DNA from: an uncultured virus (IMG/VR IMGVR_UViG_3300037743_000227)
Taxonomy: Duplodnaviria; Heunggongvirae; Uroviricota; Caudoviricetes
IMG/VR virus record: IMGVR_UViG_3300037743_000227
Length of the DNA stretch: 64,000 bases
Strand: one strand, 5' to 3'
Position 1 is the first letter of the stretch; every line of letters begins with the position of its first letter. Made by a program: the position numbers and the translations under genes. The notes beneath the pieces were generated by a model that was not told where the DNA came from, made no database searches, and saw nothing but the letters and a program-made list of their open reading frames with translations. Shown here one piece after another: positions 18,305 through 27,852 of the stretch.

Positions 18305-21300
18305 AGATGGTCCACCCTCTCCAGCTTGCGGATGAGGCGTTTCATCTCCTCCGGCCCGGACAGCACGATCTCGACGCGCTGGGTGTCCATGCGGGAGCGG
18401 ACGTCGGGCCGCACTGTGGCCTGCACCTGCGTGCCGCGCATCACGTCCCGTATGGAATCGCGCAGCATCTCGTCCAGCTTCGACAGCGGCGCGACCGCCT
18501 CTGCCTCACCGCCTTCGCCGATCATGCCCATGGTGGGGCGGGTGACGATGCCGCCGTTGGCGAACCCGGTCATGGTGAAGATGTCCTGCGGCTTGAACGC
18601 CTTCGTGGCGGTCGACGCGCCCCGTGCCACGGCGCTTTGGTGGAACAGCTTCGCGATCGTGGCCCCGTAGCGTTCCACGTCCTTGGACATGCCCTTGAAG
18701 GTGAAGTCCTCGAAGACCATCTTCCCCCGCTTGATGGCCTTTTCGATCTCGAAGACCGCATTCCAGAAGCCGTCAGCGATGCCGCTGTGGAACTTCTGGA
18801 AGTTCTTCGACATGCCCTGGAAGGAGACGTCCTCGAAGAGCAGCGACCCGCCCTTCTTGAACCGCCCGGACTCCACCAGCTCACGCAACTCGCTCACGGC
18901 CCGGTCCATGCCGGAGCGCTTCGGCGACATCGCCTCCGCCGCACCGCGGGCAATGGCCTCAGCCGCCCGCACCACATCCGCTTCAGACGCACGCAGCCCC
19001 GCAGCCAGACCCTCGCCGATACGAGCACCGGCCAGGCGCGGCTCCCCATGCCCCGACAGCGGGCCCTCCTTCACCGGAGAGCCTGGGAAGAACCCCTTGA
19101 CCCTGCCCGCGATACTGCTCGCCGCGCTCGCGACCTTCCCCATCTGGGACAGCATGCCGCTGACGAGGCCGCCGATCAGCCTGGCGCCGGCGCCGGACAG
19201 CGATCCGATCCTCCCCAGGATCCTGCTCGCAATCCTGAACGGTATCGTCGCCACGAATACGAGGATCTTCGGCAGCGCCCTGATCAGCCCCGTCAGGAGC
19301 GCGCCGAGCAGCCGTAGCCCCGCTGCGGTGATCTTCGGCGCGTTCTTGATCAGAATTGCGGCGACCTTGAGCACGATGTCGATGGCGAAATCCATGATCT
19401 GCGGCTGCGCCTTCACCAGACCAGCAAGGAGCGCATTCAGGATCTTGATACCCGCGTCGATGATCACCGGCAAGAACTCGACCGCCGCCTCGACCAGCAG
19501 CGGGATCAGGGTACGGCCCAGCTCCAGCAGGTCCGGCAGCATCTCCACCAGACCCTCGATCAGCGCGACCAGAAGATCAGCACCGGTCTCCAGGATCTTC
19601 TGCCGCTGCTCCACCACAACCTCGATGAGCTGCGGGACCAGCCGCATCGCCACCTCGATCAGCAGCGGCAGCGCCTGCAAGATGCCGTCCACCAAGGCGG
19701 TCAGCAGCCGCAACCCGGCGTCGACGAGTAGCGGCAGTTGCTCGATCAGCGTCGTCAGGAGGGCCTCGACCAGCATGACGATGCCTTCGAGGACGATCGG
19801 CAGCACCTGAGCGATCGCGGTGACCAGGCCGGTCAGGAGCGTCACCGCTCCGGCGATCAGCAGGGGCAGCGACATGACCAGCGTGTCCACGATGGTGCGG
19901 ACCAGGTTCTGGAGGCTCTCGACGATCCGCGGGAGTGCCTGCACCAGGCCGGTGACCAGGCCGGTGAACAACTGAAGGGCTGCCTCGACGACCAGCGGGA
20001 TCGCCTGGAGCAGGAAGTCCACGACCTGGAGGAGCAGGGTGATCAGTTGCGCGACCAGCGGCGGCAGGATCCGCGGCAGCGCCTCGACCAGCGCCCCGAA
20101 GAGTTTCAGGGCCGCGTCGAGGAGCTGCTGGCGGATCGCCAAGACCGCGTCGATGATCTTCGGTGCGTTGGCGCCGATCCACGTGATCAGCGGCCCCAGC
20201 GCCTCCTTGATCACGGCCAGGAACTTCGGCCCCAGATCCGCGAGTTCCGTCTTGGCCTGACGCAGGGCCCCGGTCAGCCCTCCGGAAGAGAACGCGAACG
20301 CGACACGCGTGACCGCTTCGCTGAGATCGTCCGACAGGTCCTTGAGGCCCTTCATCCGCGACAGGGTGTCGCTGACCGCGTCGCCGAGGCCGTCCATGGC
20401 CTTGATGGCGCCGGATCCGGCGTCGCTGGTTTTGGTCATGGTCTCGCCGAACGGGGCAGCGGCCTGCGTGAGGCTGCGGTACATGTCCACGCCGCGCTGC
20501 ACGGCACGCCACAGCTCGGCGAAGACACCGCGCAGGGTGGCCGCGGCGTCCTTCACGAGACCGAAGCCCTCGGTGACTTTCTGGCGGAACTCGTCCGACT
20601 GCTTCCAGGCAAGAACGGCTGCGGCGGCGAAGGAGCCGAGCCACACCACTACGGCCGCCAAGGCACCCAGGAGTACCGTGCCGATCACAGCGGCGGCCAG
20701 GGTCATCTGGGAGATCAGGAAGCCGACAACGACCAGCACGGGGCCTACAGCGGCGGCGAGCGCAGCGAACGCGATGACAGCCCGGGTGATCCAAATGTTG
20801 GCTTTGGCAAGCTCGGAGATCTTGTTGAGGATCTTCGCCAACAGGTCGACGAGGACTTTCAGCGCGTTACTGAGCCCAGCATCCCGCATGACAGTGAGCT
20901 GGAATTCTTCCCACGCCGACTGCAAGCGTTTGAACGCGCCTTGGAGGTTGTCCTCCATGGTGGCAGCCATTTTGGCGCCAGCGCCTTCGGTGTCTTCCAT
21001 AGCCGACTGGACAGATCTCAGCTTGTCGTCAGTGAGACCAAGAACCGACGCAAATTTCGGCCCATGGTTGAGGCCGAACGCTTCGATGATGTCGTTGTAC
21101 TCAACGCCGGCCTCCTTCGCGTCCAGCGTGATGTCGGACAGGCGGCGCATGCTGCCGTCCGCATCCCGCAGCTCCACCCCGTACTTCTTGAAGAGGTCGG
21201 CGCCCTTCGATCCCTCGGTATTCAGCGCGCCCAGGATCTTGTTCAGGCCCGTGCCGGCCGCAGTGCCGCGGAAACCAGCCTCAGCCATGAGGGCTACGGC

Positions 21301-21921
21301 TTCGGTGGCCTCGTTCACGTTCAGCCCGGCAGCCTTGGCCGCCGCTGCGGAGCGCGCGAAGGCGAAGCCCATCTGGTCGACGTTCGTCGCCGAGCTGGTG
21401 GCGCCCTTGGCCAGCGCGTCCGTGACCTGGCCGAGGTCTTTCGCCTCCAAACCCATCGTATTCATGATCGTGGAAGCGATGTCGGCGGCCTTCGCCATCT
21501 CCAACTGACCAGCCGTCGCCAGTTGCAGGACAGGCGCGAGGCCCTGGACCGACTCTGCCGCGGAAAAGCCCGTCTTCCCCAGCTCCGCGAGCGCGTCAGC
21601 CGCCTCCGTTGCCGTAAAGCTGGTTCCCTTCGCCGCGTCCCGAGCCGCCTTCTCCAGCATGCCCAGCTCTTTGGCCGTGGCGCCGGTGACCGCCTCCACC
21701 ACGGACATGGACTTGTCGAAGTCCGCGGCGGTCTGGATGGCTGAAGCGGCAGCAGCGCCGAGCGGCTTGGTGAGCCCGTCGGTAAGACTCCTGCCGAGGC
21801 TGCCCACCCGGTCGCCGGCGCGGGCGATCCGCGAGAACTGCCGTTCAGCATTGGATGCGGCGCGCCCCACATCTCGGTCATCTATGCCGATACGGACCAG
21901 GAGTTCCTCAAGCGTCGCCAC
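18301..21921 (-). CDS. Tape measure protein
   Basis: 1206 aa, MATLEELLVRIG start, TP901-type core (AADFDKSMS...GTAAGTGL), long amphipathic repeats, FANGGIVTRPTMGMIGEGGEAEAVAPL. Confidence 0.95.
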   Translation of the reverse strand: MATLEELLVRIGIDDRDVGRAASNAERQFSRIARAGDRVGSLGRSLTDGLTKPLGAAAASAIQTAADFDKSMSVVEAVTGATAKELGMLEKAARDAAKGTSFTATEAADALAELGKTGFSAAESVQGLAPVLQLATAGQLEMAKAADIASTIMNTMGLEAKDLGQVTDALAKGATSSATNVDQMGFAFARSAAAAKAAGLNVNEATEAVALMAEAGFRGTAAGTGLNKILGALNTEGSKGADLFKKYGVELRDADGSMRRLSDITLDAKEAGVEYNDIIEAFGLNHGPKFASVLGLTDDKLRSVQSAMEDTEGAGAKMAATMEDNLQGAFKRLQSAWEEFQLTVMRDAGLSNALKVLVDLLAKILNKISELAKANIWITRAVIAFAALAAAVGPVLVVVGFLISQMTLAAAVIGTVLLGALAAVVVWLGSFAAAAVLAWKQSDEFRQKVTEGFGLVKDAAATLRGVFAELWRAVQRGVDMYRSLTQAAAPFGETMTKTSDAGSGAIKAMDGLGDAVSDTLSRMKGLKDLSDDLSEAVTRVAFAFSSGGLTGALRQAKTELADLGPKFLAVIKEALGPLITWIGANAPKIIDAVLAIRQQLLDAALKLFGALVEALPRILPPLVAQLITLLLQVVDFLLQAIPLVVEAALQLFTGLVTGLVQALPRIVESLQNLVRTIVDTLVMSLPLLIAGAVTLLTGLVTAIAQVLPIVLEGIVMLVEALLTTLIEQLPLLVDAGLRLLTALVDGILQALPLLIEVAMRLVPQLIEVVVEQRQKILETGADLLVALIEGLVEMLPDLLELGRTLIPLLVEAAVEFLPVIIDAGIKILNALLAGLVKAQPQIMDFAIDIVLKVAAILIKNAPKITAAGLRLLGALLTGLIRALPKILVFVATIPFRIASRILGRIGSLSGAGARLIGGLVSGMLSQMGKVASAASSIAGRVKGFFPGSPVKEGPLSGHGEPRLAGARIGEGLAAGLRASEADVVRAAEAIARGAAEAMSPKRSGMDRAVSELRELVESGRFKKGGSLLFEDVSFQGMSKNFQKFHSGIADGFWNAVFEIEKAIKRGKMVFEDFTFKGMSKDVERYGATIAKLFHQSAVARGASTATKAFKPQDIFTMTGFANGGIVTRPTMGMIGEGGEAEAVAPLSKLDEMLRDSIRDVMRGTQVQATVRPDVRSRMDTQRVEIVLSGPEEMKRLIRKLERVDHL

Positions 21922-21924
21922 AGG

Positions 21925-22356
21925 TCAGCCCTCCTTCTTACGCGCCGGCCGGGGGCGCGAGCGGGGCCGGGGAGCGGAAGCGCCACGGTTCTGTCTCCCT
22001 CCGCTCGGTGTCTGCTTCTCGTGTGCTGCGCGTTGCTTCTCTCGGCGTTGCTGCGCTGCCTGCTTCCTGCGCTGGGCGGCTTTCTCCTGCCGCTTGAATT
22101 GCGCCGTGATGTTCTGGGCTGCCGCGAGGATGTCTTGGGGTGTCTGGGTCTGCTTTTTCTGCCCCCACATCACCTTGTGGTCTTCGAGCTTGGTGCTCTT
22201 GCCCTTCTTCAGGTGCGGGGCGATGACGTCCATGCCGAGCCGGGCGAAAAGGATGTCGAGGCGTTCCGGTCCTGGTGGCCCGTAGAGTTTTCCGTAGGCC
22301 ACCATGCGGATCATGTCCTCCTCGGAGAACCGCTCCATCACCTCGTCCGGCGGCAT
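21925..22356 (-). CDS. Tail assembly chaperone, T part (probably reached by -1 frameshift)
   Basis: The frame stays open upstream as RRRPELKLLYDLAVDFRMPPDEV, back into the G gene. Confidence 0.75.
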   Translation of the reverse strand: MPPDEVMERFSEEDMIRMVAYGKLYGPPGPERLDILFARLGMDVIAPHLKKGKSTKLEDHKVMWGQKKQTQTPQDILAAAQNITAQFKRQEKAAQRRKQAAQQRREKQRAAHEKQTPSGGRQNRGASAPRPRSRPRPARKKEG

Positions 22357-22388
22357 CCGGAAATCTACGGCCAGGTCGTAAAGGAGCT

Positions 22389-22796
22389 TCAGCTCTGGCC
22401 GTCGTCGAAATCCTCCTCAGCTTCCTCGACCTTCTGCCCGAACTCCTTTTCACGGTCGGAGAGTTTCTGGCACAGCACATACAGGCCGTTGATGACTCCG
22501 GCGCTCTTCCCTGCGAGGAGCTTGATGTCTGCCGGGGTATCGGTGAAGATCCGCAGATCCGTCTCCGGGTCGAACAGGGCGTGGACCAGCAGTGCGGCGC
22601 GCTGGTTTTCCGGCTTCAGCTCCAGCGTGTCGGAGCCCTGCTTCATCTGGATCCGGTGGAGCTTCCGCTCGTACCCTTCCCACACCCCGGCCTTGACGGC
22701 TTTGACGCGGATCTTGATGTCTCCCCATTCGGGGATTTCCACGTCCTCCCACTTGAGGTCCTGCGCCTCGCGGATGAGGTTCTTGAGGGATGACAT
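22389..22796 (-). CDS. Tail assembly chaperone, G part
   Basis: EDVEIPEWG...DPETDLRIF; lies between tail tube and tape measure genes. Confidence 0.85.
   Translation of the reverse strand: MSSLKNLIREAQDLKWEDVEIPEWGDIKIRVKAVKAGVWEGYERKLHRIQMKQGSDTLELKPENQRAALLVHALFDPETDLRIFTDTPADIKLLAGKSAGVINGLYVLCQKLSDREKEFGQKVEEAEEDFDDGQS
22407..22413 (-). other. Candidate -1 ribosomal slippery site G GAT TTC
   Basis: A -1 shift here joins the G and T ORFs without an intervening stop. Confidence 0.6.
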
Positions 22797-23227
22797 CAGC
22801 TCTCCTCACCCGCCACGAAGTCCGGGATACCGGAGAGCTTCCACGTGAGGGACGCGGCGAGCTTGTCGTCATGCGGGGCATCCGGTTCGAACCCGATGAG
22901 GCCCGCCTTGAATGCCCATACGGTCTCGGCCGGGTCGGGCCACACGATGCGGTAGTTGCGGGGCTCCGAGGTGGAGAAGTCGCCCTGCAATACGCCGTCG
23001 TGCTCGGTCGGGTCGTAGTTGACATCAGCGGACAGTTCGCCGGTCCGCTTGATGCCGAACACGAACTCCTCCCACTGCTCCGGAGAGTCGTGCGAGGTGA
23101 CGTCGATCTGCTCGCGCGTGACGCCGGGGCCGCCGAGGGAGGCGATGTTGGCGATGGCGACGAAGTCTTCGGCGTCGATGGTCTCCTCGCGTTCGAGGAT
23201 CACACCGAATGCGTCAAGTCCGGGCAT
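22796..23227 (-). CDS. Major tail (tube) protein
   Basis: IDVTSHDS...WEEFVFGIKRTGELSADVNYDP...WKLSGIP. Confidence 0.88.
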   Translation of the reverse strand: MPGLDAFGVILEREETIDAEDFVAIANIASLGGPGVTREQIDVTSHDSPEQWEEFVFGIKRTGELSADVNYDPTEHDGVLQGDFSTSEPRNYRIVWPDPAETVWAFKAGLIGFEPDAPHDDKLAASLTWKLSGIPDFVAGEES

Positions 23228-23649
23228 TATGCACCTACTTCCGTGGTTTGCTCTGTCGTGATCCGGTACGAGACCGGGACGTGGCGCAGCTCCGGGCGCG
23301 GGTCGCGCAGAGTGCGGGTCATCTCATGCCGGATGGCCACCACCCGGTGGCCGTCCACCTCCAGCGCGTCGCGCCGGTGGTCGAGGAGCCGGGTGAGCTC
23401 GTCGGCGATCTCCAGGGCTTCGGTGAAGCCCTCTGCCTGGGTCCAGATGTGCAGCGTGTGCAGGGTCTCGGAGCCGTAGCCGCCGTGGTCGTTGTCCGGG
23501 GTCTCGGTGGCCTCGCCGAGCACCACGTAGGGCTTCGGGGTGTCCTCGGTGACGAAGTCCACGACGGGCACCGACAGTTCGGCGTCCAGCAGGTCGAAGA
23601 TCGCCCGCTGAAGGGGCAGCAGCGGCGACACCGCGATCGGCGTGCTCAT
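23227..23649 (-). CDS. Tail terminator (DUF3168-like)
   Basis: LQRAIFDLL...PYVVLGE...TLHIWT; synteny. Confidence 0.85.
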   Translation of the reverse strand: MSTPIAVSPLLPLQRAIFDLLDAELSVPVVDFVTEDTPKPYVVLGEATETPDNDHGGYGSETLHTLHIWTQAEGFTEALEIADELTRLLDHRRDALEVDGHRVVAIRHEMTRTLRDPRPELRHVPVSYRITTEQTTEVGA

Positions 23650-24011
23650 CACAGCTCCGCCCGGATCGCGTTACCGATCGTCTTGCCGACCTTGCTGCGC
23701 TCCATCTCGACCGCCGGGCGCACATATGGCTGCGCCGCCATGTTGCTGGTGCCGAACTCCACGAACTCCGCGTAGGGAATCTCCGCTCCGGGGCCGACAT
23801 CGAACACCAGGCCCTTGACGCGCTCCTGGACACGGATCGAGGCGACCAGGGCACCGGTGTCGATCGGCGCGAACTCCACCATGAGGGCCCTGAACCGCTC
23901 CGCGGACTCCCGGGCCCCGGCGCGGCCGCCGCGCCGCATCGCCGTCACGGTCTGCTTCAGCCGCTTGTTGATGCGCTCGCGGCCCTTCACAGTCACCTTC
24001 ACCCTCGGCAT
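23649..24011 (-). CDS. HK97 gp10-family tail completion protein
   Basis: APIDTGALVASI...YAEFVEFGTSNMAAQPYVRPA. Confidence 0.9.
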   Translation of the reverse strand: MPRVKVTVKGRERINKRLKQTVTAMRRGGRAGARESAERFRALMVEFAPIDTGALVASIRVQERVKGLVFDVGPGAEIPYAEFVEFGTSNMAAQPYVRPAVEMERSKVGKTIGNAIRAEL

Positions 24012-24391
24012 CAGGACTCCTCCGCCTCGTTGGTCGGCTCGGCCTGCAGCAGCTCCGCATCCGCGCGCACGTACACGTCCGGGCCGGTCGCCCGTTGGGT
24101 GCCGATCACCCGGTACGTCTCGCCGTAGGTGCCGTCACGGAGCTCGTCGCCACGCAGCAGATCCGCGTCAGCGTCCGCGTAGACGATGTGCGTCACCCGG
24201 GCATCGGCCTGCATCGGACCGATCTGCGAGCGCACGATCCGCGTCTCGTTGATCCGCGCCCGTGACACCCGCACGTCCAGGTCGTGGGAGAAGACGCGCT
24301 CGGTCACCCAGCCGCCGGCGCCGTCGGGCGTGCGGGAGTTCCGCCAGACGGCGATCTGACGGTTGAGGAGGTGGGTGACGGTGACGGACAT
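24011..24391 (-). CDS. Head closure (head-tail adaptor) protein
   Basis: PDGAGGW...DLLRGDEL; synteny. Confidence 0.8.
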   Translation of the reverse strand: MSVTVTHLLNRQIAVWRNSRTPDGAGGWVTERVFSHDLDVRVSRARINETRIVRSQIGPMQADARVTHIVYADADADLLRGDELRDGTYGETYRVIGTQRATGPDVYVRADAELLQAEPTNEAEES

Positions 24392-24394
24392 CGG

Positions 24395-24922
24395 TTACTC
24401 GCCGCCGTTGTGGGCCTGCTTGTAGGCGTCGATGACGTCCTCGGAGATCCGCCCCCGTGCGCTGACTTCGATGCCCTGACCCTTGGCCCAGGCTCGGACG
24501 TCGCCGATGGACGGCTCCGGCGCCGCCTCGTCCTGCGGATGGCTCGGGGCGTCCCCGCCAGACTCGGCCGAGGTGGTGGTGACACTGCCGGCTGCGTCCT
24601 CGGGCTCAGGCGGGGCCGGTGTCTTGGCTGCCTCGCCGGGCGCTGCCGCGGTGTTCGCTGCGGCCAGCCGGTCACTCACCAGCGCGTCCAGCTCCCGCTG
24701 CACGGCCCGCCCGGGACCTGATGTGGGCGCGGGCGCTGGCCGCTGCTCCGGGCTGGAGCCGCCGTCGCCGGGCACCCACCGGTTGGACTCACCCAGCGCC
24801 GTCAGGAGCTTCTCCTGACGGCGGCGAGCCCGCTTCGGGGCGCTGGACCGTGCGGCGGCCTCATCCGGCGTCGGCACCTTCACCGTCCTGCCGGTGCGGG
24901 TGTTGTGGTAGGTGAGCGGCAT
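24395..24922 (-). CDS. Protein with C-terminal Lsr2 DNA-binding domain
   Basis: DVRAWAKGQGIEVSARGRISEDVIDAYKQAH, including the RGR AT-hook. Confidence 0.85.
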   Translation of the reverse strand: MPLTYHNTRTGRTVKVPTPDEAAARSSAPKRARRRQEKLLTALGESNRWVPGDGGSSPEQRPAPAPTSGPGRAVQRELDALVSDRLAAANTAAAPGEAAKTPAPPEPEDAAGSVTTTSAESGGDAPSHPQDEAAPEPSIGDVRAWAKGQGIEVSARGRISEDVIDAYKQAHNGGE

Positions 24923-24923
24923 G

Positions 24924-25364
24924 TCAGTCTCCTGAGATATTTACGGGGAAGGGGGCGATGTCGGCCTCCAGCAGGAGGCGTTCGGGCATGTCCCCTTCGA
25001 GCGTTATGTGGCCGATCAGGGAGCGGTCGACGGCGGCGAGGATCAGCCGTTCCTCCTCCGCCGTGGCGTAGATGGCCTGGCCCGCTGCGGTGTACGCGTA
25101 GTCGCCGATCCGCTCCGAGGTCAGCCCGCGGGGGTTGGCCAGGCCGCGGTTGACCATCGAGGTGACGATGGGCTTGATCAGATCCGGGACGTCTGTGTGG
25201 TCCACGTCGTCCAGGTCTGTCTCGTCTTCGTCGCTGGTGGCGGCGATCCGGCGGACGATGGCGGAGGCGTCATCGAGGTACGCCTCCACCTGCGCCTTCT
25301 TCAGGCCGGTGAAGGAGCGGCCCGCACGGGCTTCGTACTGCTCCAGCGACAGCAGCGGCGCCAT
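24924..25364 (-). CDS. Head-tail connector/adaptor
   Basis: YLDDASAIVR...NPRGLTSERIGDYAYT. Confidence 0.85.
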   Translation of the reverse strand: MAPLLSLEQYEARAGRSFTGLKKAQVEAYLDDASAIVRRIAATSDEDETDLDDVDHTDVPDLIKPIVTSMVNRGLANPRGLTSERIGDYAYTAAGQAIYATAEEERLILAAVDRSLIGHITLEGDMPERLLLEADIAPFPVNISGD

Positions 25365-25373
25365 GACTGTGGA

Positions 25374-26237
25374 TCAGCTCTCGTCGTCCTGGCCGAGAAC
25401 CACGACACGGTCGGCGTCCACGAGGACGGCGCCGGCGTAGGTGGACAGCACGGACTGGGTGACGAGGTTGGCGTCGACCTGGAAGACGTGCCGGATCGCG
25501 ACGCCCTCCTCCGAGATGGTCGCGGAGTCGATGGTGCCGGGGATGTCCGCGGGGAGCATGTTGGCGTAGGCGAACGCAGACTCGTGGTAGGCGAGTGCCT
25601 TGTAGCCGGTGAGGCGGGGCGCCTTGACGACGATCATGCCTCGGTACTCGCCGAGGATGCCGCGGCGCAGCGCCTCGGTGGCCACCTCGCCCTGGTAGTC
25701 CGTCAGGCTGGCGCCGTTCGGGGAGGTGAGCCGGGCCGCGAACTGGGGGGACACGGCGAGCCAACGGTCCTCCATCGGGTTCTCGGCGTCATCCAGGTCC
25801 GCGACCGCGTCGGCGACCTCGTTGTCGAGGTCGGAGCCGTCCAGCGCCACAAGCCGGTCCACGGGGAGGCCGTTCATGACCTCGGCGAGCTGAAGCTCCG
25901 CGCCGGCGGCGACCGAGCGCACCTGCGGGCGGGTGACCTGACGGCCGAAGTCGACGATGTCCAGCGACCGCTGGTGCTCGTTGACGGTGGCGGCGTCGTA
26001 GACGTGCTCGATCTGGAACGGGACCTCGTCCTCGTCGATCTCGGAGTACGTCAGCGTGCCGCCGCGCTCCTGGACGAGGGCGGTGCGGGGGACGGGGACG
26101 CGGAGGATGGTCTCGCCGCCGCTGGGCGGGGCCACGTCCATGCTCGGGACCTGGAGAACAGTGCGGGCCAGGGACAGTTCGGCGGAGAGCAGGTCTACGG
26201 CGAGGGTGGAGACGCTCGCTGACGTCACGAATGCCAT
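25374..26237 (-). CDS. Major capsid protein (P22-coat/HK97 fold)
   Basis: Follows the scaffold gene; GETILRVP, DRWLAVSPQF, ALRRGILGEYRGM. Confidence 0.85.
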   Translation of the reverse strand: MAFVTSASVSTLAVDLLSAELSLARTVLQVPSMDVAPPSGGETILRVPVPRTALVQERGGTLTYSEIDEDEVPFQIEHVYDAATVNEHQRSLDIVDFGRQVTRPQVRSVAAGAELQLAEVMNGLPVDRLVALDGSDLDNEVADAVADLDDAENPMEDRWLAVSPQFAARLTSPNGASLTDYQGEVATEALRRGILGEYRGMIVVKAPRLTGYKALAYHESAFAYANMLPADIPGTIDSATISEEGVAIRHVFQVDANLVTQSVLSTYAGAVLVDADRVVVLGQDDES

Positions 26238-26279
26238 GGGTCATTCCTCTTTTCTGCGCCCACGGCACTCGTGGGCTGG

Positions 26280-26879
26280 CTACTTACGGCTCTTGCCGAG
26301 GACGGCGGCGAGGACGTCCTCGCGGGACATCTCGCCCTTGCCGCTGCCTGCCGCGCCGGAGCGGAGCTTTTCCTTCGGCTTCGCCGCCGGGGCGGCTGCC
26401 GGCTTGTCGGGGGTCTTGCGCTTTTCGAGTTCGGCTTCGGCGTAGGCGAGGAGCGCTTCGGCCTGCTCGTTCAGCTCGTCTTCCGTGGTGGCGGACAGGA
26501 GTTCGGCGGGGACACCGGTCGTGCGCGCTACCTCGGAGCGGAGGGCCTTGACCTTGTTGGTCTCGTTCTCCGCCTGGAGTTCCTGGAGTTGCTCGGCGAG
26601 CTTTTGCAGCTCGGACTTGTCGGCATCCGCCGCGTCCTTCTTGGCCTGCTCCAGTGGCTCCAGTTCCTTGACTCGGAGCCTGTAGCGCTTGGCTTCGTCG
26701 TTGGCTTTCTTCAGCGCGGCCTGCATCTTGGCGATGTCGTCCGCTGCGCCCGTCTCGGGCTTGGGCTGCGCCCCGGCCGTGTTGGCGTCGTCGGGGGTGT
26801 CGCCGGTGCTGGTGTTGGTGGGCTCTTCGGTTTCGGGTGTCGCGCCCTCGTCCGTCGTGCCCTCGTCGGTGTCGGCCAT
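26280..26879 (-). CDS. Capsid scaffolding protein
   Basis: Acidic N-terminus, coiled coil EAKRYR...KSELQK, GVPAELLSATTEDEL. Confidence 0.85.
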   Translation of the reverse strand: MADTDEGTTDEGATPETEEPTNTSTGDTPDDANTAGAQPKPETGAADDIAKMQAALKKANDEAKRYRLRVKELEPLEQAKKDAADADKSELQKLAEQLQELQAENETNKVKALRSEVARTTGVPAELLSATTEDELNEQAEALLAYAEAELEKRKTPDKPAAAPAAKPKEKLRSGAAGSGKGEMSREDVLAAVLGKSRK

Positions 26880-27167
26880 CGCGGCCTGCTCCTTGCTGGT
26901 GGTGGCTCGTCATCGCGGCGGGCCGGGTGTCAGGCGTGTGTGGGGTGTGGGTGGTTGGCTGCCATCACTGCCCCTATTCGCGCACGCCTTTTGCGTATGG
27001 ATCTATTCAGAGAATACACGCGAGGTGAAGCCTGAAGCCTGCCTGACCTGCTATTACTTCCTTGTTCCGTTTGTTGCGCATAAGCCTTCCAGTGTTGTCG
27101 TGCGGGCGCCGAAAGGCGGTATCTTTCCTGTACCGTGACGGTGAATAGGAAATAGAAGGGGACGCTG

Positions 27168-27446
27168 ATGGTGAATACCGCACCGCCAGACACGGCGCGC
27201 TCCAACCTCGCAGAGCGGGTGCGCGCATCCCGGCTACCAGCCCCCGCAGACCGGGCACGGATACGCCGCACCGCCCGCGCCACGCTGAGGGATTTCGCCG
27301 CCGAACTCGACGTCAGCGCGGCCACCGTGTGGCGCTGGGAGCAAGGAGCAGAGCCCCGCCTCGACCACGCCATCGCCTACCGGGGGCTCTTGGATGAAAT
27401 CCAGGCCGCGACCGGGACCACACGCGGAGAGGGCGTTTCGCCATGA
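27168..27446 (+). CDS. XRE-family HTH regulator
   Basis: TLRDFAAELDVSAATVWRWEQGAEP. Confidence 0.85.
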   Translation: MVNTAPPDTARSNLAERVRASRLPAPADRARIRRTARATLRDFAAELDVSAATVWRWEQGAEPRLDHAIAYRGLLDEIQAATGTTRGEGVSP

Positions 27447-27838
27447 CCAGCCTCGCCAAGCCCACTCCTGACACCCCATGCGAGCACCCGGAACCCGTCG
27501 CCGTCACCAGCCACGCCGACCCAGGCCGCGTCGAGTACTGCTCAGGGTGCAGCAGCCTCATCACCACCGTGTACGAGCCCGCGATGTGGCCACGCCTCGT
27601 CGAGACCGGGCAGCGAGAAGAGCTGTGCGAGTGGCTACGGGCCAACGGCATCAACCCTGACTGTGTGCCCATCCACAACGAGATCAGCGTCGAAACCAGC
27701 GCCAACAGCACGGGACTTATCCAGTACACCGCCTACCTGCTCACTGCTGACGGCCACAAATACCTCGACCCCGAGACCGACGACGCTGCCCAGGAGCAGC
27801 GCACCGTGCCGCTCGTCGCCCCACCGGCGCACTGGTAG
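27443..27838 (+). CDS. Hypothetical protein
   Basis: ATGA overlap; CEH...CSGC; LCEWLRANGINP. Confidence 0.7.
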   Translation: MTSLAKPTPDTPCEHPEPVAVTSHADPGRVEYCSGCSSLITTVYEPAMWPRLVETGQREELCEWLRANGINPDCVPIHNEISVETSANSTGLIQYTAYLLTADGHKYLDPETDDAAQEQRTVPLVAPPAHW

Positions 27839-27852
27839 CCGGAGAGCATCTG

